Positions 9,113-18,197 of a stretch of DNA of 64,000 nucleotides are shown one piece after another. Source of the stretch: Candidatus Thalassarchaeum betae (GTDB taxonomy: Archaea; Thermoplasmatota; Poseidoniia; Poseidoniales; Thalassarchaeaceae). The stretch lies in contig JAKUUP010000005.1 in assembly GCA_022447095.1 (NCBI GenBank), positions 2,065-66,064 on the forward strand, given 5' to 3'. Position 1 is the first letter of the stretch, and each line of letters starts with the position of its first letter. A program made the translations under genes and the position numbers. The notes below the pieces were generated by a model. The model was not told the DNA's origin and did not search any database. It was given only the letters and a program-made list of their open reading frames with translations.

Positions 9113-9694
9113 ATGGGTCTGCTGGAGAGATTGAGGCAAGATGGGAGTAATGAGGAGGAAGACGAGAGAATCGCTCATGATGTGCTGGAAAAAATCGAGG
9201 AAGGTGCTAAGGAAATCGAGGAACGTGCTAGGAGACACATCTCACCGACCAGAGTAATCTTCGCTTCAATCGCAGCCATTCTTCTGCTCGCTACGAGCCT
9301 GTTCGTTTTGACGTGGTTAGTCCCGTACGACAGGGTCAGCGTCGATGTGGTGTATCGTCAGGGTGGTCCCGGACACGTCGTGCTGGTAGAACTGGACAAC
9401 AAGGGCAGCAGGACGATCGAGGACATCAATCTGCACATCAGGTTCATTGATTCGAATGGTATCGAAGTCGATCGATCAATTTTCAATAAGGAGTCCTTGC
9501 CGGCGCATACCTCAGTCGCAGGGGACGACCTCGAGCTGCTCGTCAACGGGACTTCGGTATGGGAGAATTACACAATCGAGATACTGCTGAACTACGAGTA
9601 CTATGGAGGCGATCGCTCCGAGCGTTGGACCCACGATGTAGGAGAGTGGACGATGGAGATGTTCGTCGACAAGTCGCCGTACCGCTTCCTCTGA
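9113..9694 (+). CDS. Small bitopic membrane protein, translationally coupled to the giant gene
   Basis: Starts 2 nt after the upstream stop codon. Acidic N-terminus, one TM (VIFASIAAILLLATSLFVLTWLV), and a beta-rich C-terminal domain. Confidence 0.5.
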   Translation: MGLLERLRQDGSNEEEDERIAHDVLEKIEEGAKEIEERARRHISPTRVIFASIAAILLLATSLFVLTWLVPYDRVSVDVVYRQGGPGHVVLVELDNKGSRTIEDINLHIRFIDSNGIEVDRSIFNKESLPAHTSVAGDDLELLVNGTSVWENYTIEILLNYEYYGGDRSERWTHDVGEWTMEMFVDKSPYRFL

Positions 9695-9744
9695 GCAGTA
9701 TCAAGCATGACTATTGATGGGTTCAAAGAACCCATACGCTCAAA

Positions 9745-12700
9745 TTGGTTACGAGAAGGCGAGAGCCGATGACAAAGCGTTCAGTCTCAGTCGTGATGGC
9801 GGTTTTGTTACTTTCATACCTGCCTATTCTCGACCAGTCATCGTCCTATGAAAACTCCCCCGAAGAGGGCTTGGCACTGGATTCCGCAGTGGAGAGAATA
9901 GAGATATCTCCAGACCCTAACAGCATCCAGAACCTTGGCGCTCCAAACATCTACTCGGGCTATGAGGACATCCGTTCCCTCCGTGCTGACTCAACGATTG
10001 GAGTCTACACCGGGGCCGGACTCCTTCCCGGTGTCGCGATGAGCTCTAAATTGGCCGAGACGCGCTCCGATCTGGCTATCGTCCTAGTCGATGGTGAGGC
10101 CGGCCTCTGGGATGCCAGACAGGAGATCCTAGATGCAGTCGAAGTCGAGATAAGGTCTACCATCCCACCATCGGGATTCCTCGTCCAAGGTTCCCCCGGA
10201 CAACTCGCTGAGTTGACTCGCATCTCCGTGGTCAGCGCCGTACACGATGTCCCAGCCGGACTGTTGGTGCACCCGATGTTCTGGGAGGCTAATGGAGATG
10301 AGACCATCCTCGTTGAGGTACTCGGCTGGAAGGACTCCGAACTCATTCGTCACAGCGAGCCCGGACTAGGCTTGGACGACTCGCTCAGCATCGCTGCCTC
10401 GCTATGGCTCGAAGAGGCATGGTCGCCCGAGCAAGGTAGGATTTGGGGTGAGATTGGTATCAGCGATATCTCTCAGATTGTCAGGCATCCATCGGTGGCT
10501 TACGTGGCACCGCTGCCATTGCTGATGCTACATAACGACGAGGCCCGTGACCACATGGGAATCAACACCGTGGATAACACCTTCATCACCGGGCTAAACG
10601 GCAGCGGACAGAAGATAGCCGTAGGCGACTCCGGACTCGACAACGATCATGGTGACTTCACCGGTAGAGTCTCGGGGCTGACATCTGTCACTCCAGGCGA
10701 CTCATCCACCGCAGATCCTTCTGACGGGCACGGAACTCACGTTGCCTGCACCGTCCTCGGTGATGGCTACCGCAGTAGTGGGACCTACCAAGGAATCGCT
10801 CCAGAGGCCCTGCTTTACTTCCAGGCGATGGAGGATGACGACACCGGAGCCCTCTACAGTTATGGCATCAACAGCATGCTTAACTCGGCCTACAACAACG
10901 GTGCTCGCTTACACACCAACAGTTGGGGCGCAGGCAGTGGTTCAGGCAGCTACTCAACTCAGTCCGAGGACGCCGACGACCGCACCTCTACCTGGGACCA
11001 GTACTGGTCTTACCAAGGGATGACGGTGTTGTTCGCCGCTGGTAACGAGGGCAACGACGGGGTCTCCCCTCCAGGCACCGCGAAGAACGTCATCACCATC
11101 GGCGCCCATCAGAACCGATACAGCGGCGCTCCGGACGATATGTACTACTGGAGCAGCCGCGGACCGACCGACGATGGCAGGATCAAGCCGGATCTGGTCG
11201 CCCCGGGAGAATACGTTCGCTCTTGTAAGGCTCAGGAGGCGCAGGACGCAGAAGGCTCTTGGAGCAACAACTGGTATCTTGAATATACAGGGACATCGAT
11301 GGCAACGCCAGCAGCGGCCGGTGCCGCCGTCCTCGTCAGAGAGTACCTGATGGAGGTCGCTGGCAGACAGGCCCCTCAGAGTGCCCTCGTCAAGGGACTG
11401 CTAATCCTAGGTGCCATGGACATGGGCACCCGGGACATCCCCAACAACAACGAGGGTTGGGGAAGGGTCAATCTGGTCGACTCGCTAATTCCAGACAACG
11501 ATGTCGGCATATTCGTGGATGACCGCTCACGCCTCTCCAGCGGGCAGGTGAGCGAGTACACCTTCGACGTCACCCGCGCCGGCGAGCCGATGAAGGTGGT
11601 TCTGACTTGGTCCGACTACCCCGGCTCTTCATCCTCCTCAAGCCAACTCAGAAACGACCTCGACCTAGAGGTGATTTCGCCTAACGGGCAGGTCACATAC
11701 AAGGGGAACGCCTTCGTCAACGGCCACTCAGTCACTGGCGGTACCAAGGACTCCACCAACAACGTAGAAGTCGTCCTGATGGATAACGCCGCGACCGGCA
11801 CGTGGACAGTCCGCGTGCGCGATGCGCAGCATGGTGGTGGGCGTACATGGCAACCCTACGCGCTCGCAGTCCGTGGAGTGAACGTGAACGACCTGACCCC
11901 CGACCCAGCATTCGTACAGAACTCATTCGAGATTACCTCTGCGATTCCACAGGTCGGCGAGGAGGTCGATGTCACTGTGACTGTTCAGAACCTAGGTGCC
12001 GGTTCCGTAGCCGAAGTCGCTGTGATTGCAAGAGCCGACAGTGAACTACTCGGTACTCAAACTCTGAGCATGTCCCCAGGAGAGTCTGCCGAGTTGTCTT
12101 GGAACTGGACCCCCGACCATGAGGGAGAGGTGGAGTTCACTTTCCACATCGACCCGAGCGATACGGTAGAGGAGACCTCGGAATCGAACAACTACTTGTC
12201 ACAGACGGTGGTGGTCAGCGCACCTGGGGTTCGCGTTACCACCGAGCAGGACACCATGACGCTGGCAGATGCGACCGACAGTTCGACGACTTGGGAGTTG
12301 TTCCTGATGAACACGGCTCTGTTTGAGACCAACGCCTCCATTGTCGTCACCGATCCCGTGCGAGTACAGGACGGCGTCGAGTTCGACTGGTTCACATCTT
12401 TCACCTCGAATACCTTCAACCTCGAAGCCGCCGAGATGACAACCATTGGCCTGACGGTAGTCCATCCGGCCCCACCTCCGCCCGGCCTCTATCGGATGGT
12501 GGTGACCGGGACCGACATTGAGAACGATATCGATTCTGAACTGATGCTCTACTTCGAGGTCCCGATACTGGCTGAGGCCGACATAGTCCTCCCCGGAGAG
12601 CAGTTCCTAGTCAGTCCACTCGAGCCGACAGATCTCCAGATACTGGTCTTCAACGATGGCAACGGTGCTCAGGCCTACGATGTCGAACTCGTCTCCCCTG

Positions 12701-14271
12701 CTGGCTGGCACCTCGGTCTAGATACTCTCGGGGCCTTCGCAGGCTCCTCGCACGGCTCCACAGGCACGCTCGCAAAGGACGCCGGCCGGGCCGTTGACAT
12801 CACAATCAACCCACCGGGCGCGATGATTCCAGCCGACTCTGTCTACGACGCGGCCATCATAGTCCACTCTCGTGTAAGCTCCGACTCCTGGAGTGCAGAC
12901 ATCCAATTAGTCGTCAAGGTGATAGACCAAGTCAGTACCACTCCCTCATCAGATGGCATTGAGCATGACATCGCACCTGATGCTCTTCTGGAGTTTGAGA
13001 TTGAGTTCAACAACCAAGGCAACCGCTTGATAGTCTTCCAACCTTATGTGAGGAGCATTCCTGGTGGCTGGGAAGTCTTAGGCGGTCTGTACCCAGCCCA
13101 CGTCCCAGCCGGTGAGACAGCAGTTTGGCCGGTCTCCCTGCAAGGCAACGGTGTAGCGGTCAGCGGCGATCTTCAATTGAGGTTCGCGACCGAGGACGGC
13201 TACTACGTGGATTGGAACAGGACCTTGGACGTTCTATCCGGAGCCATGCCGACTTTGGATTTCCACCTTGTCGCCCTCCCGGATGGAACCACCGCCGATT
13301 ACCCGCTTGGAGTGCCCGCTCATCCAGTCGGGGCACCGGGGTTCGATCTCGGTTGGACGGTTACCAACGAAGGCTCCACCACATGGCGTCCTATGACCTA
13401 CATGGAAGTGCCTAACGATGATTGGTCTTCGACGTGCGTCGGTCCATCCACCCTCTCCGCCGGTGCCACTTCTACGGTCTGGTGCACCGTCGTCATCCCA
13501 CTGTCAGCCGAAGCCAACTCCGAGCCGATTGTGACTCTGGTAATGGAGGGCGAGGGAGTTGAGGTGAGTGACTCAATCTCGCTGTTGGTCGAGTCCGTAG
13601 CCCGAGTGAGTTGGACCGTCACCAACCAGCAGGTCGCACATGAGGGCTACGAGACCGTGCTCTACCTCGACCTTCAGAATGTCGGCAACTCGGATATCGC
13701 CCATGTCCTGCAAGCCTCTGGTCCGGATGATTGGAACGCACTGATTCTCGATGGGGTGGTTGTCAATCTGCGCCCTGGCGAGACGCGCAATCTCCAACTC
13801 GGATTCACACCCAACACTGGGGTGGATGGAACACTAGTGGTGGAACTCGGTGATTCCAACGATATCGAGGACTCCACCTTCACCATAGAGATCGACGTGC
13901 TGCCAGCGAGGATAGAGGAGGGCATGTCCGCTCTCGAGATGGTACTTGTTGCAACCCTCATCCTCGCCTTCGCCGGAGGAGTCGGATTCTTCGTTTACTC
14001 TAGGACTGGAGCCGATAAGGCCAGTCTGATCAAAACTGAGACACTCAGCAAGATTGCGGACAGCTTCGGGCTTGCCGAGGAGGAGAGAGTGGAGGGCAGC
14101 GGCGTTCCCTGCTGGATATGCAGCCAAGACATCGTCCTCGGCGGGGCGTGGGCTTGCTCTGAGTGCGGAGCGAGGTATCACAAGGGTGGCCAGGTCGATG
14201 GCTGTGACATCGTTTCGATGGGACACTGCATGCACTGCGATGCCGACGTGGACGGGCTTGTAGAAGCGTGA
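9745..14271 (+). CDS. Membrane-anchored subtilisin-like serine protease (peptidase S8) with beta-sandwich repeat domains and a cytoplasmic Cys/His-rich zinc-binding tail
   Basis: Signal peptide. Catalytic triad motifs in order: Asp (AVGDSGLDNDHGDF), His (DGHGTHVACTVLGDG), Ser (GTSMATPAAAGAAVLV). Post-catalytic VLTWSDYPG...NDLDLEV beta-sandwich. CARDB-like repeats, TM (LEMVLVATLILAFAGGVGFFVY), and a tail with CWIC, CSEC, C-x7-CMHC. Confidence 0.85.
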   Translation: MVTRRREPMTKRSVSVVMAVLLLSYLPILDQSSSYENSPEEGLALDSAVERIEISPDPNSIQNLGAPNIYSGYEDIRSLRADSTIGVYTGAGLLPGVAMSSKLAETRSDLAIVLVDGEAGLWDARQEILDAVEVEIRSTIPPSGFLVQGSPGQLAELTRISVVSAVHDVPAGLLVHPMFWEANGDETILVEVLGWKDSELIRHSEPGLGLDDSLSIAASLWLEEAWSPEQGRIWGEIGISDISQIVRHPSVAYVAPLPLLMLHNDEARDHMGINTVDNTFITGLNGSGQKIAVGDSGLDNDHGDFTGRVSGLTSVTPGDSSTADPSDGHGTHVACTVLGDGYRSSGTYQGIAPEALLYFQAMEDDDTGALYSYGINSMLNSAYNNGARLHTNSWGAGSGSGSYSTQSEDADDRTSTWDQYWSYQGMTVLFAAGNEGNDGVSPPGTAKNVITIGAHQNRYSGAPDDMYYWSSRGPTDDGRIKPDLVAPGEYVRSCKAQEAQDAEGSWSNNWYLEYTGTSMATPAAAGAAVLVREYLMEVAGRQAPQSALVKGLLILGAMDMGTRDIPNNNEGWGRVNLVDSLIPDNDVGIFVDDRSRLSSGQVSEYTFDVTRAGEPMKVVLTWSDYPGSSSSSSQLRNDLDLEVISPNGQVTYKGNAFVNGHSVTGGTKDSTNNVEVVLMDNAATGTWTVRVRDAQHGGGRTWQPYALAVRGVNVNDLTPDPAFVQNSFEITSAIPQVGEEVDVTVTVQNLGAGSVAEVAVIARADSELLGTQTLSMSPGESAELSWNWTPDHEGEVEFTFHIDPSDTVEETSESNNYLSQTVVVSAPGVRVTTEQDTMTLADATDSSTTWELFLMNTALFETNASIVVTDPVRVQDGVEFDWFTSFTSNTFNLEAAEMTTIGLTVVHPAPPPPGLYRMVVTGTDIENDIDSELMLYFEVPILAEADIVLPGEQFLVSPLEPTDLQILVFNDGNGAQAYDVELVSPAGWHLGLDTLGAFAGSSHGSTGTLAKDAGRAVDITINPPGAMIPADSVYDAAIIVHSRVSSDSWSADIQLVVKVIDQVSTTPSSDGIEHDIAPDALLEFEIEFNNQGNRLIVFQPYVRSIPGGWEVLGGLYPAHVPAGETAVWPVSLQGNGVAVSGDLQLRFATEDGYYVDWNRTLDVLSGAMPTLDFHLVALPDGTTADYPLGVPAHPVGAPGFDLGWTVTNEGSTTWRPMTYMEVPNDDWSSTCVGPSTLSAGATSTVWCTVVIPLSAEANSEPIVTLVMEGEGVEVSDSISLLVESVARVSWTVTNQQVAHEGYETVLYLDLQNVGNSDIAHVLQASGPDDWNALILDGVVVNLRPGETRNLQLGFTPNTGVDGTLVVELGDSNDIEDSTFTIEIDVLPARIEEGMSALEMVLVATLILAFAGGVGFFVYSRTGADKASLIKTETLSKIADSFGLAEEERVEGSGVPCWICSQDIVLGGAWACSECGARYHKGGQVDGCDIVSMGHCMHCDADVDGLVEA

Positions 14272-14277
14272 TTGAAC

Positions 14278-14297
14278 CGCGACCCTAAGGGGTCGCG
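14278..14297 (+). terminator. Perfect hairpin (8-bp stem cgcgaccc/gggtcgcg, loop taag) 7 nt after the subtilase stop
   Basis: Inverted repeat seen directly in the 67-nt intergenic spacer. Confidence 0.35.
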
Positions 14298-14338
14298 ATG
14301 CCCGAAGTCCTTAGAGGGGCGATTGAGTCGGAGCGACG

Positions 14339-17035
14339 ATGAAGCGTGATTCATCGGCCTCTGTGCTGACGGCTTTGCTGCTATTGACTATCATGTCACC
14401 ACTAGCCACCGCTGCAGTCTCAGTGTCGCTTTCTGCGAGTCCGACGGCCCAAGAGGCCACCACCGATGACGATGCAGAGTACGACATCATCGTGACTAAC
14501 GACGGCGATGAGGATATCTCGGTCACTTTGAGCACCCAGCAGGGTAACGACTGTAACGGCTTTTCATCCTCTTTGGACTCCTATCAGGTCTCAGTCGATG
14601 AGGGGACATCTGAGACGGTCGTACTGACTGTCTCTGTGAATGACCAGGCAGACGGTGACTGCGAGACCACCGTAAACGCTCAGGCTACAGCAGGTATCGG
14701 ATCGCCGGCCAACGACGATGTTACGGTAACCACGACTGCTGGTGACGGAGGCGGCCTATACTCGGTGAAACTCACTACCGACGAGCAGATGAAGACCTAC
14801 GGGGGCGAGGATAGCGATGAGGGCGATAGCGTTGCCTGGGATGTCGAAGTGGAGAACAATGGCGAGCAGCAGGCCAACGTCCAACTCGAGATGATATCAG
14901 ACAGCGATTGCGAGTCCGACACCCTCGATGCCACTGTGGATCCACAGGTCCTGCAGTTGGAGCCGGAGGACAAAGAGACCGTCGAGGTCACAGTCGAAGT
15001 TCCTGACGGTAGTTCCACCGAGGCAGGAGACCACTGCTTCATCCTCAGAGCAACGGTGACCAACGACCCTAACGCAGCAGATCAGGCTGAGGACAATATC
15101 ACACTCACTCTGAAGATTCCTGAGCGCAAGGAGTGCGACCCGAACCTCCAGTACACCTCACACAACCTCGACCCCGATGAATCTGCGACCAATTCCTTTG
15201 AGGTCGAGAATATCGGCAACACCGAGTGGACGGTGACGGCAAACGCCCAAGCCCATGATTCGGACCACGACATAACTGACTGGATAGACTTCAACAGCCC
15301 ACTCAGCAAACTGCTCTCCGAGCCCGGAGGCTCTCAGGACGGCCATACGTTCACCTTCTCAGTCACCCCTGACGACTCGGTCGAGTCGGGAACCCAAGTG
15401 GGTATCAGGATACAGGGGCGTGCTGGTACCGCTGTGGGCTGCGAGCAAACGCTCACTGTCACCGTGGGCCAGAGCCACGCCGCTACTATGACCCTGAGCA
15501 AGAACAAACTCTCAAACGTCGAACCAGGGAGCTCAGAAACGGTTTCGGTTCAGATAACCAACCTCGGCAACGGGATGGAAACTCTCTCAGTAGGCGCCAC
15601 AGGACTGCCTCCTGGCTGGCAGATATCCTTCTCCCAGAATTCGGTCACCGTAGGAAGCGTGCACTCCGGCAACAACAGGCAGACCATCAACGCCGAGGTC
15701 TTCGTGCCCGAGGATGCCAGCGCCGAGGATGAGACGGTGATCACCTTCACAGTCGGACGCGGCGGCGGCACCACTCCTTACGACACCAAGGACCTCACAG
15801 TTTCCGTCGCTGCCCGACATGACCTGACCACTTCGATCCTGTCGACCCAGCAGACGGGCCGCTCAGGGCAGACGGTGCAGTTCCCAATAGATGTCACCAA
15901 CTCGGGTAACATCCGTGACACCTTCAAACTCCTGACTTGCGACCCAGGTGACCAGACTGGATGCAACCAGCCGATGTGGGAATCATCCTACTCCGATAGT
16001 CAGGGCAACACGATCACGCAGGTAATCCTTGACCCCAGTCAGACTCAGACAGTGTACCTCGACATCCTCGTCGAGGGTGAGGAGGAGGCCGATTCAGCGA
16101 ACGTGCTCGCTCGAATCGCGATATACGGTACAACTGTAGTGGACGAGCATACTGTGAGCGTAATAGTCTCAAACTACAACTACGCCATGGCGATCACTGC
16201 GCAGAATCCTGGTGATATCCCTGATCAGATTGATGCTACTCTCCCACCAGGAGGCACCCTGACCACTGCATTCTGGGTCGAGAATACCGGTGATTACCCC
16301 GGTGGCGATACTGCCGTGATATCATTGAGCGGCATGGAGTCGTCAGTACTGCGGACAATTACCGTTGAGGGGGTGGAGATCGAGAGTACACTCTCTCTGG
16401 GAATGGGCGAGAGAGTGCTCATTGAAGTAGAGATAGAGATTCTCGATGGCGTGGCGAATGGCGTTTCTGGGGTAGTAAAAGTCAGCGCTTCATCAGAGAA
16501 GAACACTGCCCAGAGCACCTCAGTCGACCTGATTGTCGCAGTCATGACCATCCATGATCTCAGATTCACCCTTGAGGGAGAGGACGAGCAGACCGCAGAG
16601 TATCCAGACAAGGCCATCTTCATCTTGTATGTCACCAATCACGGCAACATACTCGAGACAGTACAGGTCCTGTCCAGTGAGTCACTCAGGGGTTGGTCGG
16701 TCGATGTGGTAGGTGAGGAGTTTGAACTTGAATCGGGGGAGACTCGGGAAGTCGAAGTGAGAGTCACTCCACCTAGCGATTTGCTTGATGATGACACCTA
16801 TCTTTTCACTCTGACCGTGCAGCCGGAAGACCTTGCTGTGGCAGGTCAGCCAATTGACCTGACAGTGATATCGGAGATGCCATCGTCGTTCATCGGCTTG
16901 ACTGAGGAGCAGGCTCAGGCACTGGTCTACGGCTCCATCATTCTCGGTGGGATTCTGGTCGTCGTCCTGTTCTTTCGTTCCCGCGCTGAAAATCGCAGAA
17001 TCGTGGAAGCGCTCGAAAATGAGTTCGAAGACTAG
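14339..17035 (+). CDS. Secreted cell-surface protein built from ~8 CARDB-like (NxGN) beta-sandwich modules, with a C-terminal TM anchor
   Basis: Signal peptide MKRDSSASVLTALLLLTIMSPLATAAV. Recurrent motifs VTNDGDEDI, VENNGEQQA, VENIGNTEW, ITNLGNGMET, VTNSGNIRDT, VENTGDYPG, VTNHGNILET. C-terminal TM (LVYGSIILGGILVVVLFF) and a short tail. Confidence 0.75.
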   Translation: MKRDSSASVLTALLLLTIMSPLATAAVSVSLSASPTAQEATTDDDAEYDIIVTNDGDEDISVTLSTQQGNDCNGFSSSLDSYQVSVDEGTSETVVLTVSVNDQADGDCETTVNAQATAGIGSPANDDVTVTTTAGDGGGLYSVKLTTDEQMKTYGGEDSDEGDSVAWDVEVENNGEQQANVQLEMISDSDCESDTLDATVDPQVLQLEPEDKETVEVTVEVPDGSSTEAGDHCFILRATVTNDPNAADQAEDNITLTLKIPERKECDPNLQYTSHNLDPDESATNSFEVENIGNTEWTVTANAQAHDSDHDITDWIDFNSPLSKLLSEPGGSQDGHTFTFSVTPDDSVESGTQVGIRIQGRAGTAVGCEQTLTVTVGQSHAATMTLSKNKLSNVEPGSSETVSVQITNLGNGMETLSVGATGLPPGWQISFSQNSVTVGSVHSGNNRQTINAEVFVPEDASAEDETVITFTVGRGGGTTPYDTKDLTVSVAARHDLTTSILSTQQTGRSGQTVQFPIDVTNSGNIRDTFKLLTCDPGDQTGCNQPMWESSYSDSQGNTITQVILDPSQTQTVYLDILVEGEEEADSANVLARIAIYGTTVVDEHTVSVIVSNYNYAMAITAQNPGDIPDQIDATLPPGGTLTTAFWVENTGDYPGGDTAVISLSGMESSVLRTITVEGVEIESTLSLGMGERVLIEVEIEILDGVANGVSGVVKVSASSEKNTAQSTSVDLIVAVMTIHDLRFTLEGEDEQTAEYPDKAIFILYVTNHGNILETVQVLSSESLRGWSVDVVGEEFELESGETREVEVRVTPPSDLLDDDTYLFTLTVQPEDLAVAGQPIDLTVISEMPSSFIGLTEEQAQALVYGSIILGGILVVVLFFRSRAENRRIVEALENEFED

Positions 17036-17065
17036 TCACGAGTCGAAAGTTGACTCTGGATAGGC

Positions 17066-17118
17066 TTATTTCTCTGTTTCAGGTGGAATGACCCGTCGGT
17101 CCCTTAGGGACCGTCGGG
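17066..17118 (+). promoter_or_regulatory. T-rich tract (cttatttctctgtttc) followed by an imperfect 13-bp hairpin (17090-17118) between the surface-protein block and nuoA
   Basis: An oligo-pyrimidine/T tract typical of archaeal termination, then acccgtcggtccc-tta-gggaccgtcgggt (one central mismatch), ending 2 nt before the likely nuoA start. Confidence 0.3.
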
Positions 17119-17120
17119 TG

Positions 17121-17576
17121 ATGCTGATGACTTCTGTTCCCGAGGCCTATGTCGCAGTCGCTGTGATGACTCTAGTTGGAATTGGTTTTCCGGTAGTCAG
17201 TTTCATCGCATCGGCCTTCCTAAGGCCTAGAAAAGTCTCCAACGAGCCGTTCAAGATGCGCTCTTGGCTACTACCCGGTTACGAGACCGACCAGAGCCTG
17301 TACCTCCGTAGGGACAGCACCTACGAGTGTGGCGCCGAGCCTGTCGGGGACGCGCACATCAACTTCCACTTCCAGTACTATTGGTACGCCCTTATTTTCC
17401 TAGTATTCGACATCGCGTTCATGTTCCTTGCCTTCGGCGGGGTCATAGCAATGCAAGAGGGAGTGCTAGAAAGACCGGAGGTAATCGGAGCTTTGGCCAC
17501 CCTGACCGCGTTCATAGTGCTCATGAGTCTAGGCGTATGGCACGTCTTCCGAAAGCGGGGCAGGATATACATCTGA
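17121..17576 (+). CDS. nuoA: NADH-quinone oxidoreductase subunit A (ND3 family)
   Basis: YECGAEPVG...INFHFQYYWYALIFLVFDIAFMFL matches the NuoA signature. The longest ORF starts at 17088, but 17121/17127 is more likely. Confidence 0.85.
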   Translation: MLMTSVPEAYVAVAVMTLVGIGFPVVSFIASAFLRPRKVSNEPFKMRSWLLPGYETDQSLYLRRDSTYECGAEPVGDAHINFHFQYYWYALIFLVFDIAFMFLAFGGVIAMQEGVLERPEVIGALATLTAFIVLMSLGVWHVFRKRGRIYI

Positions 17577-17585
17577 GGTGAGGGA

Positions 17586-18182
17586 ATGGCGGACGAAGGT
17601 CAGAACTACTCCATGTTCAACAGCAGGATGCTGGTCGATGTCGTTGGAGATGTCACTGATGAGGCCCTCAAAGCGAGTCGAATCAAGGACATCATCGGGG
17701 TACTCGCAGGGAGGGTCTTCAATTGGGGTCAGCGCAAATCCCTGTTCCCACTCCATCTCGGTATCAAGTGCTGCGCCCTAGAGATGGCCGCCGCCGGAGC
17801 CAGCCGCTTCGACGCCGAGCGCTTCGGCGTCTTCTTCCGATCCAGCCCCCGACAGTGCGATGTCCTGCTTGTAAACGGACCGATTAGCAAGAAGTTCGCC
17901 GATCCGATAGTCCGACTCTGGGAGCAGATGCCCGAGCCCAAGTGGTGCATAGCCATGGGCGAGTGCTCGATTTCCGGCGGACCCTACTTCCAATCCTACA
18001 ACATCCTCGAGGGTGTTGACACTATCATCCCTGTCGATGTATACATCCCAGGTTGCCCACCACGACCAGAGGCTCTGATAGACGGCTTTGACAAACTTCG
18101 ACAGAAGATCATCCGCATCGGCGCTGTTCCGAGTGACGCAAGACCAGAGACAGAAGCACCACTCATCATCGGAGATGAGTGA
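17586..18182 (+). CDS. nuoB: NADH-quinone oxidoreductase subunit B (20 kDa, N2 cluster)
   Basis: CCALEM..., GECSISGGPY, PGCPPRPE. Confidence 0.92.
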   Translation: MADEGQNYSMFNSRMLVDVVGDVTDEALKASRIKDIIGVLAGRVFNWGQRKSLFPLHLGIKCCALEMAAAGASRFDAERFGVFFRSSPRQCDVLLVNGPISKKFADPIVRLWEQMPEPKWCIAMGECSISGGPYFQSYNILEGVDTIIPVDVYIPGCPPRPEALIDGFDKLRQKIIRIGAVPSDARPETEAPLIIGDE

Positions 18183-18197
18183 AAGGGGGGGGTTTCG

